Positions 37,355 through 48,080 of a stretch of DNA of 64,000 bases are shown piece after piece. Source of the DNA: an uncultured Acidobacteriota bacterium (GTDB taxonomy: Bacteria; Acidobacteriota; Vicinamibacteria; Vicinamibacterales; CAVVIG01); NCBI GenBank assembly GCA_963695635.1, contig CAVOHK010000009.1, positions 72,671 through 136,670 of the forward strand. The letters are read 5' to 3'. Position 1 is the stretch's first letter. Each line of letters opens with the position of its first letter. Made by a program: the position numbers and the translations under genes. The notes beneath the pieces were generated by a model that was not told where the DNA came from, searched no databases, and saw nothing but the letters and a program-made list of their open reading frames with translations.

Positions 37355-38959
37355 CTAGATGCTCAGGGTCGCGGTCTGCGGCTGCTGGCGGTTGCCCAGC
37401 ACCAGTTCAAACAGCGTCTTCGAGACAAAGATCGATGTAAACAGGTTCGACATCAGTCCGTAGAACAGCGTCACGGCAAAGCCGCGAATCGGGCCGGTGC
37501 CGAACTGGAACAGAAACGCCACCGAGATCAGCGCCGCGATGTGGGTATCGAACAGCGTCCAGAACACGCGGCCGAAGCCGGCGTTGATCGCAGCGCGGAC
37601 CCCGCGCTGCGCTTCCAGTTCTTCCTTGATCCGCTCGAAGATCAGCACGTTCGAGTCAACGCCGATGCCCATCGTCAGCACGAAGCCGGCGATGCCGGGC
37701 AGCGTCATCACCGCGCCGATGTAAGCCATCAGCCCGAGCAGGATCACCAGGTTCGCAACCAGCGCCACCACTGCGTTGACGCCCGACAGCTTGTAATAGA
37801 TCAGCATGAACACGATGATCGATATCAGGCCGATCATCGAGGCGATCACTCCGGAGCGGATCGAGTCGGCGCCGAGGGTCGGGCCGATCACTTGCTCTTC
37901 GAGATACGTCAGGCCGGCCGACAACGAGCCGGAGCGCAGGATCAGGGCAAGGTCGGCCGCTTCCTGCTGCGTAAAGCTGCCGTAGATGCGGCCGTCGGTG
38001 TTGATGCGGCCGTCAATGCGCGGCGCCGACTGCACGCGCCCGTCGAGGACGATCGCCAGTTGCCGTCCGATGTTCTCGCCGGTGACCTTGCCGAAACGGC
38101 GGCCACCGTCGGAGTTCAATGAGAAGCTGACCGCCGGCTGGTTGTTTTCGTCGAGCGACGGCCGCGCGGTCCGCAGGTCGCGGCCGGTCACCGCCGCCGC
38201 GGCGCGCAGCATGTAGAAGGACGTACCGGAATCGCCTGCCGAGCCACTCGAGCCGGGGACGATTTCCATGCCCGACGGCACTTGACCATTGACGAGCAGC
38301 GACTCGCGCGTCGGCGACGGTCCCTGCTCGACGATCTTGAGATCGAGCTTGCCGGTGGACTGGATGATGCTCTTCGCGCGCTCGACATCGCTGACGCCCG
38401 GCAGCTGCACCATGATCTGGTCGCCGTTGGCACCCTGCTGCGCGATCTGCGGCTCGGCGACGCCCAGTTCGTTGACACGCCGCTCGATCGTCTGCCGCGC
38501 CTGCACCACCGATTCGTCGCGCAGGTTCACCGCGATATTCGGTTTCATCGTGAAGGGATAGTTCCCACTCGCCCCCGAGCCGCGGTCAAAATTCGTGATC
38601 GTTTCCTGCATCGCGGAACGGAACGTCGCGTCCTGGTCCTGCGGAATGCCTTCGACACGGAACTGGGTCGGCGACACCAGCGTGACGTTGGTAAACGGAA
38701 TCTTCCGGTTCGTCAGCTCTTCACGCACCCGCTCCATCTCGGTCTGCGTCTCGCTCTTCAGCGCATCGTCGGTCTGGACGCGCAACACCAGGTGGACGCC
38801 GCCTTTCAGGTCCAACCCGAGCTTGAGCTGCTTCTCGAGCAACCAGGAAGGCGCCGGCAAGTGGTAGCGCTGCGCCGCGATCGGGTAAACGCCGACGCCT
38901 CCAAAAATGACAAAGACGGCGATGATCGTGATGAACTTCCACCGAACGTTTGACGACAT
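37355..38959 (-). CDS. secD: Protein translocase subunit SecD
   Basis: 534 aa with a large periplasmic domain and a C-terminal bundle (LPGIAGFVLTMGIGVDSNVLIFERIKEE). Confidence 0.95.
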   Translation of the reverse strand: MSSNVRWKFITIIAVFVIFGGVGVYPIAAQRYHLPAPSWLLEKQLKLGLDLKGGVHLVLRVQTDDALKSETQTEMERVREELTNRKIPFTNVTLVSPTQFRVEGIPQDQDATFRSAMQETITNFDRGSGASGNYPFTMKPNIAVNLRDESVVQARQTIERRVNELGVAEPQIAQQGANGDQIMVQLPGVSDVERAKSIIQSTGKLDLKIVEQGPSPTRESLLVNGQVPSGMEIVPGSSGSAGDSGTSFYMLRAAAAVTGRDLRTARPSLDENNQPAVSFSLNSDGGRRFGKVTGENIGRQLAIVLDGRVQSAPRIDGRINTDGRIYGSFTQQEAADLALILRSGSLSAGLTYLEEQVIGPTLGADSIRSGVIASMIGLISIIVFMLIYYKLSGVNAVVALVANLVILLGLMAYIGAVMTLPGIAGFVLTMGIGVDSNVLIFERIKEELEAQRGVRAAINAGFGRVFWTLFDTHIAALISVAFLFQFGTGPIRGFAVTLFYGLMSNLFTSIFVSKTLFELVLGNRQQPQTATLSI

Positions 38960-38973
38960 GTTCCGCTACCTGC

Positions 38974-40400
<1,427 letters not shown>

Positions 40401-40461
40401 GCGTGCGAGGGATTACAATTCGGGGCGTCGCACTGAATCGACACGAAGGAATAGGTACTCG

Positions 40462-41565
40462 GTGAATCCTGTGAAGAAAACTCGCGTTGGCGTGATCTAC
40501 GGCGGTCGATCGGGCGAGCACGAAGTATCGCTGGCGTCGGCTGCCGCGGTTTTTCAGAACCTCGATCCCGACAAGTACGAAGCGGTGCCGATTCGCATCG
40601 AAAAGGACGGCCGCTGGGCGCTGCCCGATCGCGCGCCGAAAGTGATGAAGGCCGCGGACGTCATTCAAGGGAAGCAGGTCGACGAACCATCGGCGAAAGA
40701 AATCCAGCTTGCCGCGAGGCCGGCCACCCAGACGTTGATTTCCGGCGTCGATCTCGACGTCGTGTTTCCAGTCTTGCACGGACCCTACGGCGAGGACGGG
40801 ACGGTTCAAGGCCTGCTCGAACTGGCAAACGTGCCGTATGTCGGTGCTGGCGTGCTCGCTTCCGCGGTTGGCATGGACAAAGCGGTGATGAAGCTGGTGT
40901 TCGCCGCGAAGGGTTTATCGATCTGCGATTACGAGGTCGTGTTCAAGCACGACTGGCAGCGTGACGAGCACGCCATCATGCATCGCGTCGCCTCGCGACT
41001 GGGCTTTCCGGTGTTCGTCAAGCCGGCGAACCTTGGCTCCAGCGTCGGGATTTCGAAGGCGAAGCACTCGGTCGAACTGCGCGCGGCGATCACCTTTGCC
41101 GCCCAGTTCGACCGCAAGATTGTCGTCGAGGCCGCCGTGCCGAACGCGCGCGAGATCGAGTGTGCGGTGCTCGGCAACGACGAGCCCCAGGCGTCAGCCC
41201 CGGGCGAAGTGATCCCGTCACGCGAGTTCTACGACTACGAAGCGAAGTACCTCGACGAAGGGTCGCGCACCGACGTGCCGGCGAAGCTCAGCGAGCAGCA
41301 GGCCGCCGAAATTCGCGCGCTGGCGATCGATGCGTTCAAGGCGATCGACTGCGCCGGCATGGCACGCGTCGATTTTTTACTCGCGCGCGACACTGGCGTC
41401 CTGTATCTCAACGAAGTGAACACCATCCCCGGCTTCACGACGATCAGCATGTACTCGAAGATGTGGGAAGCGAGTGGACTGTCGTACCCGCAGTTGATCG
41501 ATCGCCTGATCGCGCTCGCGATCGAACGTCACGCCGCCAAACAACAACTGCGAACCACCATGTGA
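40462..41565 (+). CDS. ddl: D-alanine--D-alanine ligase
   Basis: GTG at 40462 (VNPVKKTRVGVIYGGRSGEHEVS) after GAAGGA. ATP-grasp motifs and EVNTIPGFT. Confidence 0.93.
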   Translation: MNPVKKTRVGVIYGGRSGEHEVSLASAAAVFQNLDPDKYEAVPIRIEKDGRWALPDRAPKVMKAADVIQGKQVDEPSAKEIQLAARPATQTLISGVDLDVVFPVLHGPYGEDGTVQGLLELANVPYVGAGVLASAVGMDKAVMKLVFAAKGLSICDYEVVFKHDWQRDEHAIMHRVASRLGFPVFVKPANLGSSVGISKAKHSVELRAAITFAAQFDRKIVVEAAVPNAREIECAVLGNDEPQASAPGEVIPSREFYDYEAKYLDEGSRTDVPAKLSEQQAAEIRALAIDAFKAIDCAGMARVDFLLARDTGVLYLNEVNTIPGFTTISMYSKMWEASGLSYPQLIDRLIALAIERHAAKQQLRTTM

Positions 41566-41611
41566 CGACGAATCGCATGAGAAATTTTTGACAAAAAGCA
41601 CGCGTTTGTGC

Positions 41612-41639
41612 TTGACACTCGAAATTTCTCGTCCATAAT
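41612..41639 (+). promoter_or_regulatory. Strong sigma70-type promoter candidate
   Basis: TTGACA (41612-41617)-16 nt-CATAAT (41634-41639). A second TTGACA lies at 41588. Confidence 0.55.
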
Positions 41640-41801
41640 CTACATCTGGTATGAGGCGATCCACATTAGCCCACACGTTGGGTTGATGTTCGACGCTGAT
41701 GCCTGAGAGCGCCGGTTTCGGATGTGCGTGCCAGGCGGCAGCCATCGCGGGGCCGAGAGCGTTCTCGGAATGATCCCAACTGAAGGGGGGGATAAGACAC
41801 A

Positions 41802-41852
41802 ATGGCGAAGAAAGCCAAGGGCGGGAAGAAGAAGGCCGGCAAGAAACGGTAA
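41802..41852 (+). CDS. 16-codon Lys/Gly-rich micro-ORF (MAKKAKGGKKKAGKKR)
   Basis: ATG preceded by GAAGGGGGGG at about 9-nt spacing, with a TAA stop and a GC hairpin 25 nt downstream. It lies about 155 nt downstream of the promoter candidate. Confidence 0.4.
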   Translation: MAKKAKGGKKKAGKKR

Positions 41853-41870
41853 CCGACCTCTCCCTGTACA

Positions 41871-41901
41871 AGAAAAAGGGGGGCCACCGCGGCCCCCCTT
41901 T
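41871..41901. terminator. Bidirectional GC-rich hairpin terminator
   Basis: agaaaaa-GGGGGGCC-accgc-GGCCCCCC-tttc. There is a T-run on the minus strand (after the PPIase gene) and a weaker one on the plus strand. Confidence 0.55.
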
Positions 41902-41913
41902 CAACATCCTGCC

Positions 41914-44144
41914 TTACCGTTCTTGCGTCATCTGCTGTCCGTCCCACACCCGGATCCGCCGAATCACGTCCCACTGCTGAATCTTGTCGACCACGTCCAT
42001 GCCGGCGACGACGCGGCCGAAGGCGGTGTACTTCGCGTCGAGATGCGGTTGCGGTGAGTGCGTGATGAAAAACTGGCTGCCGCCAGTGTCGCGCCAATCG
42101 AGCGCCATACCCACTGTGCCGCGCAGATATGACCGCTGGTTCAACTCGTCGCGGATGGTATAGCCCGGCCCGCCTTCGCCGTCGCCTCGTGGATCGCCAT
42201 CCTGGACGACGAAGTTCGGCACCACGCGATGAATGCTGAGCCCGTTGAAGTAGCCCTTGCGTGCCAGCGTAATGAAACTGTCGACGGTCAGCGGCGCGTC
42301 CAGCATCGCCAGCTCGACCTGGATGGTGCCGCGGTCGGTGTCGATGTACACCTGCAGCGATACGTTGGGGTTGGTCACGCCGGGACTGGAATACAGCGCG
42401 GCGGTAACCGTCGTCGGTGCGGGACGGATGGTGGTTTCGGCCTGATCCGCGGCGTCCCGATCGAGTTCGCGCATCAACGCCACGGCTCGGACTCGAACCG
42501 CCCAATCCTTGTCGGTCAACGCGGAGTCCCTAGCGGCGGTATCGCGACTGCGGCGCCGTACTTGGCCAAGGCGCTCAGCGCGGCCGCCCGCGCGATGTAG
42601 GTCGTATCGCGCTGACCGAAGGTGTAGGCCTCCGACAACGCGGCCGGACCCTGCGACGGCTTCAGTTCGGCCAGCCCGTTCGCGGCGGCGGTGCGCACCA
42701 CCGCATCGTCGGCCTTGAGGCTCTCCAGCAGCACGGCGGCCGCGTTGGGCGCTTTCAATCGCGTCAGCGCGCCAAGAACGGCTGGAATGACGCGCTGATC
42801 CTGATCACCGAGCATCGCGTTCAAGCGCGGCAGCGCCACTTCCTGGTTCATCGTGCCGAGCAGCGTCGCCATCGATGCGCGAACACTCCAGTGCGGATCG
42901 GGATCGAGGCCAGAAAGAACGACCAGGAAATTGTCGGCATCGAGAGCGGCCAGCGATCGCAGGGCAGCCGCGCGCAGTGGCGGACTGGAATCGGTCAGCA
43001 GATCGAGCAGATCGTCGACGACCCCGGAGGCATGGCGCCCGCCAACGGGTGAATGCCGCCGATTGCGCCAACGGTTTCGAGCTTGACGATCGGATCGACG
43101 CTTTGATCGTGCAACAGCTTCTGCAGTGGCGCGGCCGAAGATGGATCACCAATCTTGCCGAGCGCGCGGATCGTCTCGACGAGGACGCTTCGATCGCCGC
43201 TGGTCAGCAGCGGTACCAGCAGCGGCAGCGCTGACGGATCCTTCAGGGCGCCGAGTCCCTTCACCGCGAACGCGCGCGCGTACGGGTTGCTGTCCTTCGC
43301 CAGAGTCAGCAGCGCGGGCAGCGCACGCTTGTCCTCGAGGCGCTGCAGTGCATAAGCGATCGGCCACCAGTGGATTCGCGGCTGGCCGTTCGCATCGAGA
43401 ACCGCCGAGGCGAGCTGCGTGAAGCCTTTGAGCCGCACCAGCGCAAAGATCCCGAGCCTCGCCGCCGCCGACACCGTATCGCGACGCGCGTCGTCGTCGT
43501 CTGACGGCGGCTGCGTCAGCGCGCCGGATTGAACGATCTGCGCGACCAGTCGGCCGACCGCGTCCGCAGCGCTCGCATCGCCGATCAGGCCGAGGGCTTC
43601 CGCGGCGCTTCCCTGGACGAGCGGCGACTGATCACCGAGCGCAGTGATCAGCGCCTCTTTGGCCCTGGCATCGCCGATCAGACCGAGTGCGAAGGCCGCC
43701 ATCTGTCGCACTTCCGCTTCGGGATCGGACGCCAGGATCGGCAGCAATGGTTGTATACCGTCGGCTAAACCAACCCGGCCGATGGCAAGCGCCGCACGGC
43801 GGCGCACTCTCGCCTCGCTGTCGGTAAGCAGCCGCGTCAAATCTGGTGGTGGCGGCGGTGGAACGATGACCGGCGTCTGCTGCCCCTTCACCGGGGGCGG
43901 GGGCGGTGGTGCGGGGGCGACCACCGGCGCATTGTCGCGGAGCAGGCGCTGGTCTTCGAGCCGGAGCATCCACGTCATCTTCTGTTCGAACGACGGCGGT
44001 TCGGGAAGCTGCGGGCCTTTGACGGGGGGGCGCGCTGGCGCATGCCGCCGCGACCAGGGCAACCATCGCAATGGGAATCGCGCGCAGCAGGTCATAGCGT
44101 TTCGGAACGAAGGGTCGCCGCGGCGACGCGATCGTCGCGGACAT
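41914..44144 (-). CDS. HEAT-repeat protein fused to a cyclophilin-type peptidyl-prolyl isomerase, three frameshifts as assembled
   Basis: Pieces: the 43632..44201 N-terminus (signal-like RAIPIAMVALVAAACASAPP), 42995..44095 (HEAT repeats), an open frame from about 43030 to 42516, and 41914..42519 (FHRVVPNFVVQDGDP cyclophilin). The frames join at the G7 run 44024-44030, at about 43021-43035 and at about 42526-42534. Confidence 0.8.
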
Positions 44145-45196
44145 CGACGCCCAACCCAGGCCGCTGTGGCACTGCCACAGTGCCAGTCGAATCCACTTCA
44201 ATGCCTGGCTCGATCAGGTCCGGAACGAAGTAGCGTTTGCTGGCGGCGATATCGCCGGGCAGCGAAAAATTCGGCAGCGTCGCCAGGTGGATATTGGCCG
44301 CGCGGCCGATGCCCGACTCGAGCATGCCGCCGTGCCACACCGGAATTCCGTGCTCGGCGCAGAGATCGTGAAGCCGGATCGACTCGGCGAAGCCACCGAC
44401 CCGGCCAGGCTTGATATTGATAATGCGGCAGGCGTGCGCGGTGATGGCGTCGCGCGCCAAACCGATCGTCTTGATCGATTCATCGAGGCAAATCGCGGTC
44501 TTCAGCCGGCGCTGCAGGCAGGCGTGATCGGCGATGTCGTCGTAATCGAGCGGCTGCTCGATCATCATCAAGTCGAACGCATCGAGCTGCGCCAGGTGGT
44601 CGGCGTCCTTCATCGTATAAGCCGCGTTGGCATCGACCATCAACGGAATCGTTCCGAATGTCGCGCGAACGCGCTCGACTGCGGCAACATCCCAACCCGG
44701 TTTGATCTTGATTTTGATCCGCTGATAACCGGCTGCCAGCTCGTGTTCGACTTTGCTGACAAGCTGGGCGAGCGATTCCTGGATGCCAATCGAAACGCCC
44801 GACGCGATTCGGTCGCGCGTCCCACCGAGCACCCGATACAACGGCTGACCCTGCTGGCGCGCGTAGAGGTCCCACGCCGCCATTTCAACGGCGGCCTTGG
44901 CCATGTTGTGACCGCGAATCGCTTTGAGCGCCGGAAACACCTCGCGTGGGTGCGCAAAAGTCGCCCCGATGACGCGCGGCGCGATGAAATCGCGGATGAT
45001 GTGCCAACAGGTCTGGTTGGTCTCGGAACTGTAGTACGGGATCTTCTTCGGCGACGCACTCGCCGTAGCCGACCACGCCATCCCCGAACGCGCGGACCAC
45101 GATGAAATGTTTGTCGTCGATTCGGCCGAAGCTGGTCTCGAAGAAATGAACGAGCGGGAGCTTCAGGAGGCGCAGCTCCAGTCGATCGATCCGCAC
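44092..45196 (-). CDS. Enolase-superfamily enzyme (o-succinylbenzoate synthase / N-acylamino acid racemase family), one frameshift as assembled
   Basis: ORF 44885..45196 (MRIDRLELRLLKLPLVHFFETSFG...GYGECVAEEDP) joins ORF 44092..45081 (YYSSETNQTCWHIIRDF...KIKIKPGWD...DANAAY...IEQP...DES...NIKPGRVGG...GGMLESGIGRA) when one base of the GGG at 45038-45040 is dropped. Confidence 0.85.
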
Positions 45197-45222
45197 CGCC
45201 GGATGATATCATCGAGGCCGCC

Positions 45223-45864
45223 TTGCCGTTCCGCACCCTCGCCATCGAAGGGCCCATCGGTGCCGGCAAAACCGCGCTGGCCGAGCGGCTTGGCACGCGA
45301 CTCGATGCCACAGTCGTGCTGGAAGAAACCGAAAATCCGTTCCTTGCTGATTTTTATGCCGAGCGTCCCGGTGCCGCGCTGCAGACGCAGCTGTTCTACC
45401 TGCTGAACCGTCACCGCCAGCAAACCAGTTTGCGGCAGACCGATCTCTTCAGCCAGACGACGATCTGCGATTACTTGTTCGACAAGGACAAGATCTTCGC
45501 GTACCTCAATCTCGACGACAACGAACTCTTCATCTATCAACGGCTCTACGAACTGCTCGCGCGCGACGTGCCGCCGCCCGATCTCGTCGTCTACCTGCAG
45601 GCGCCGACCGACGTCCTGCTGCGGCGTGTGCACAGCCGCCGCATGGATCCGGAAGCCGTCGCCTTTCAACCCGACGATGATTACCTGCGGGAGTTGAACG
45701 AGGCGTACCACCACTTCTTCTTTCATTACAACGCGACGCCGCTGCTGGTGGTCGAAACCTCGCAGTTCGACTCGGACGCCAGCGATGAAGCGCTCGATGA
45801 TCTGATCAAGCAGATCCGCGCGATGGGCCCGGGAACGCGGTATTACGTGCCGAGAACGAAGTAG
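45223..45864 (+). CDS. Deoxynucleoside kinase
   Basis: P-loop IEGPIGAGKTALAERL and dNK-family core (FLADFYAERPGAALQTQLFYLLNR...DYLFDKDKIFA...VVYLQAPTDVLLRRV). TTG start as listed. Confidence 0.85.
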   Translation: MPFRTLAIEGPIGAGKTALAERLGTRLDATVVLEETENPFLADFYAERPGAALQTQLFYLLNRHRQQTSLRQTDLFSQTTICDYLFDKDKIFAYLNLDDNELFIYQRLYELLARDVPPPDLVVYLQAPTDVLLRRVHSRRMDPEAVAFQPDDDYLRELNEAYHHFFFHYNATPLLVVETSQFDSDASDEALDDLIKQIRAMGPGTRYYVPRTK

Positions 45865-45938
45865 AAGCTGAAAGTCGAAGCTGAATGGCCGTTGGCTCGA
45901 CTGAAGCAACTCCAAACTGCAGACTTCAACTTCAGACT
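45865..45938. repeat. Short-period GAAGYTG / CAGACTTC arrays
   Basis: gaagctgaaagtcgaagctgaatgg ... ctgcagacttcaacttcagactaagc. Confidence 0.7.
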
Positions 45939-45951
45939 AAGCTGATCATTT

Positions 45952-46860
45952 ATGGCGTGGTTCAAAAAGACCAAGAAGCCGATCGCCGCGGCGACCAAGG
46001 AAAAACCCAGCCGCGTCCCGGAAGGCTTGTGGGTGAAATGTCCCGACTGCGATCAGATCATCTACAACAAAGACCTGATCACCACGCTGAACGTCTGCCC
46101 GAAGTGCGCCCATCACTTCAAAATCAACGCCGTCGAACGGCTGCGCGTGCTGTTCGACGGCGAATGGACCGAGTACGACAAAGACCTGACATCGACCGAC
46201 CCGCTGCAGTTCACCGACACCAAGCCATATCGAGCACGTCTGCTGGCCAGCAAAGAAGCGACCGGGCTCAAGCGACGCCATCATCGTTGCCGAAGGCGAG
46301 ATTGAAGGGCTCCGCGCGATCGTCGCGTCGATGGAGTACGGCTTCATTGGCGGCAGCATGGGCGTCGTGGTCGGCGAAAAAATCACGCGGGGGATCGAGC
46401 GCGCGCTCGAACGGAAGCTGCCGGTCGTGATCGTCTCGCTGCTCCGGCGGCGCGCGCATGATGGAAGGCGCGCGGTCGTTGATGCAGATGGCCAAAATCT
46501 GCGGCGCGCTGGCGCGCCTCGACAAGGCGCGGCTGCCCTACATCGCCGTTCTCACCGATCCCACCACCGGCGGCGTCACCGCCAGTTTCGCGATGCTCGG
46601 CGACCTGAATATCGCCGAGCCCGAAGGCGCAAATCGGTTTCGCCGGCCCTCGCGTGATCGAGCAGACGATCCGCCAGAAGCTGCCGGAAGGTTTCCAGCG
46701 CAGCGAATTCCTGCTCGAAAAGGGCATGGTCGATCTGGTGGTCGACCGCCGCGATCTGAAGTCGACGATCGCCGGCGCGCTCCGCTTCATGCTGCCGACG
46801 CCGCCAGTCGCGACGATTCCGCTGCCGCAGGCAGCTGCCGAAATCGTGCCGCAGGCGTGA
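45952..46860 (+). CDS. accD: Acetyl-CoA carboxylase carboxyltransferase beta subunit, three +1 insertions as assembled
   Basis: Zn ribbon CPDCDQ...CPKC. Segments in three frames: ...KEATGLK | [37 protein letters not shown]...VIVS | [19 protein letters not shown]...NIAEP | [37 protein letters not shown]. Junctions at about 46272, about 46439 and 46620-46622. Confidence 0.92.
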
Positions 46861-48080
46861 ACCATCTCGATTACCTTTTCGGCCTCGAACAATTCGGCAT
46901 CAAGTTCGGTCTCGACAACATCCGCGCGATCCTCGAGGGTCTCGACCATCCGGAGCGCGACTTTCCGTCGATTCATGTCGCCGGCACCAACGGCAAGGGA
47001 TCCGTCACCGCGATGGTGGAAACCGGCCTTCGCGCCGCTGGCTACCGCACCGGCCGTTACACCTCGCCGCACCTGATCAACCTGCGCGAACGATTTGCTA
47101 TCGACGGCCGTGCGATTGACGATGAGACGATGATCGCGGCGGTCGGGGAGGTGCGCGCGGTCGTCGAGTCGCTGTTGCGAAACCGCGTCCTCGAAGTGCA
47201 GCCGACCTTCTTCGAAGTGACCACAGCGGTCGCATTCGAGCTGTTTCGACGATCACAAATCGGCTTCGCGGTCGTTGAAGTCGGCCTCGGAGGCCGCCTC
47301 GACGCGACCAACGTCCTATCTCCCGTGGCCTGTGCGATCACCTCAATCGCGTTCGACCATCAGTTGTATCTTGGGTCGACGCTGCGGGAAATCGCTCTCG
47401 AAAAGGCGGGCATCATCAAGCCGGGCGTGCCGGTCGTGGTGGGAGCGCTGCACGCTGAGGCGCTCTCGGCAATAGCCGAGGTGGCTCGCGCTCGCAATGC
47501 TCCCCTGGTTCAGGCGTCGCTCTCGGACGTTGCCGGCAAAACCATCGCGCTCCGCGGCGAACATCAGCGGATCAACGCCGCCGTCGCGTTGCGACTGCTT
47601 GCGACGATCGACCGGCAGGGCTTCCCGATTCCAGACGCTGCGATGCGCGCGGCGCTGGCCGACACCGAGTGGCCGGGCCGCATCGACCTCCGGACGCTGC
47701 ATGATGGCCGGCAATTGTTGATGGATGCCGCGCACAATGCGGCCGGCGCGGAGGCCCTGGCCTTATATCTTCGCCAGGCCGCGATCCGGCCGCCGCTCGT
47801 GTTCGCGGCAATGCGCGATAAAGAAATTGCCGGGATGCTGCGGCCCTTATTGCGCGAAGTGGATCGCTTGATCATCACGCGCGCAACGAATCCGCGGTCG
47901 GCGGATCCCGCACAACTGGCGCAAGTGGCTGCCGGCATCACAACGTCGGTGCCGATCGACATCGAACCATCCGTTCCGGACGCGTTGGAGCGCGCGTGGG
48001 ACAACGCGCCGCTGGTGCTGGTGGCCGGTTCGATCTTTCTGTTGGGCGACGTGATGCAGCACGTCGGTTTACACTGGTGA
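46857..48080 (+). CDS. folC: Bifunctional folylpolyglutamate synthase / dihydrofolate synthase
   Basis: GTG at 46857 overlaps the accD stop (GTGA). [12 protein letters not shown]-loop and a Mur-ligase-like fold. The classical accD-folC order. Confidence 0.9.
   Translation: MNHLDYLFGLEQFGIKFGLDNIRAILEGLDHPERDFPSIHVAGTNGKGSVTAMVETGLRAAGYRTGRYTSPHLINLRERFAIDGRAIDDETMIAAVGEVRAVVESLLRNRVLEVQPTFFEVTTAVAFELFRRSQIGFAVVEVGLGGRLDATNVLSPVACAITSIAFDHQLYLGSTLREIALEKAGIIKPGVPVVVGALHAEALSAIAEVARARNAPLVQASLSDVAGKTIALRGEHQRINAAVALRLLATIDRQGFPIPDAAMRAALADTEWPGRIDLRTLHDGRQLLMDAAHNAAGAEALALYLRQAAIRPPLVFAAMRDKEIAGMLRPLLREVDRLIITRATNPRSADPAQLAQVAAGITTSVPIDIEPSVPDALERAWDNAPLVLVAGSIFLLGDVMQHVGLHW

Noticed and set aside
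41648-41715. Possible fluoride (crcB-type) riboswitch because of GGCGAUCC...GCUGAUGCCU in the micro-ORF leader
   Set aside because: The required P1/P3 helices and pseudoknot pairing could not be drawn, and the downstream gene is not a fluoride transporter. The resemblance is limited to a short GCUGAUG string.
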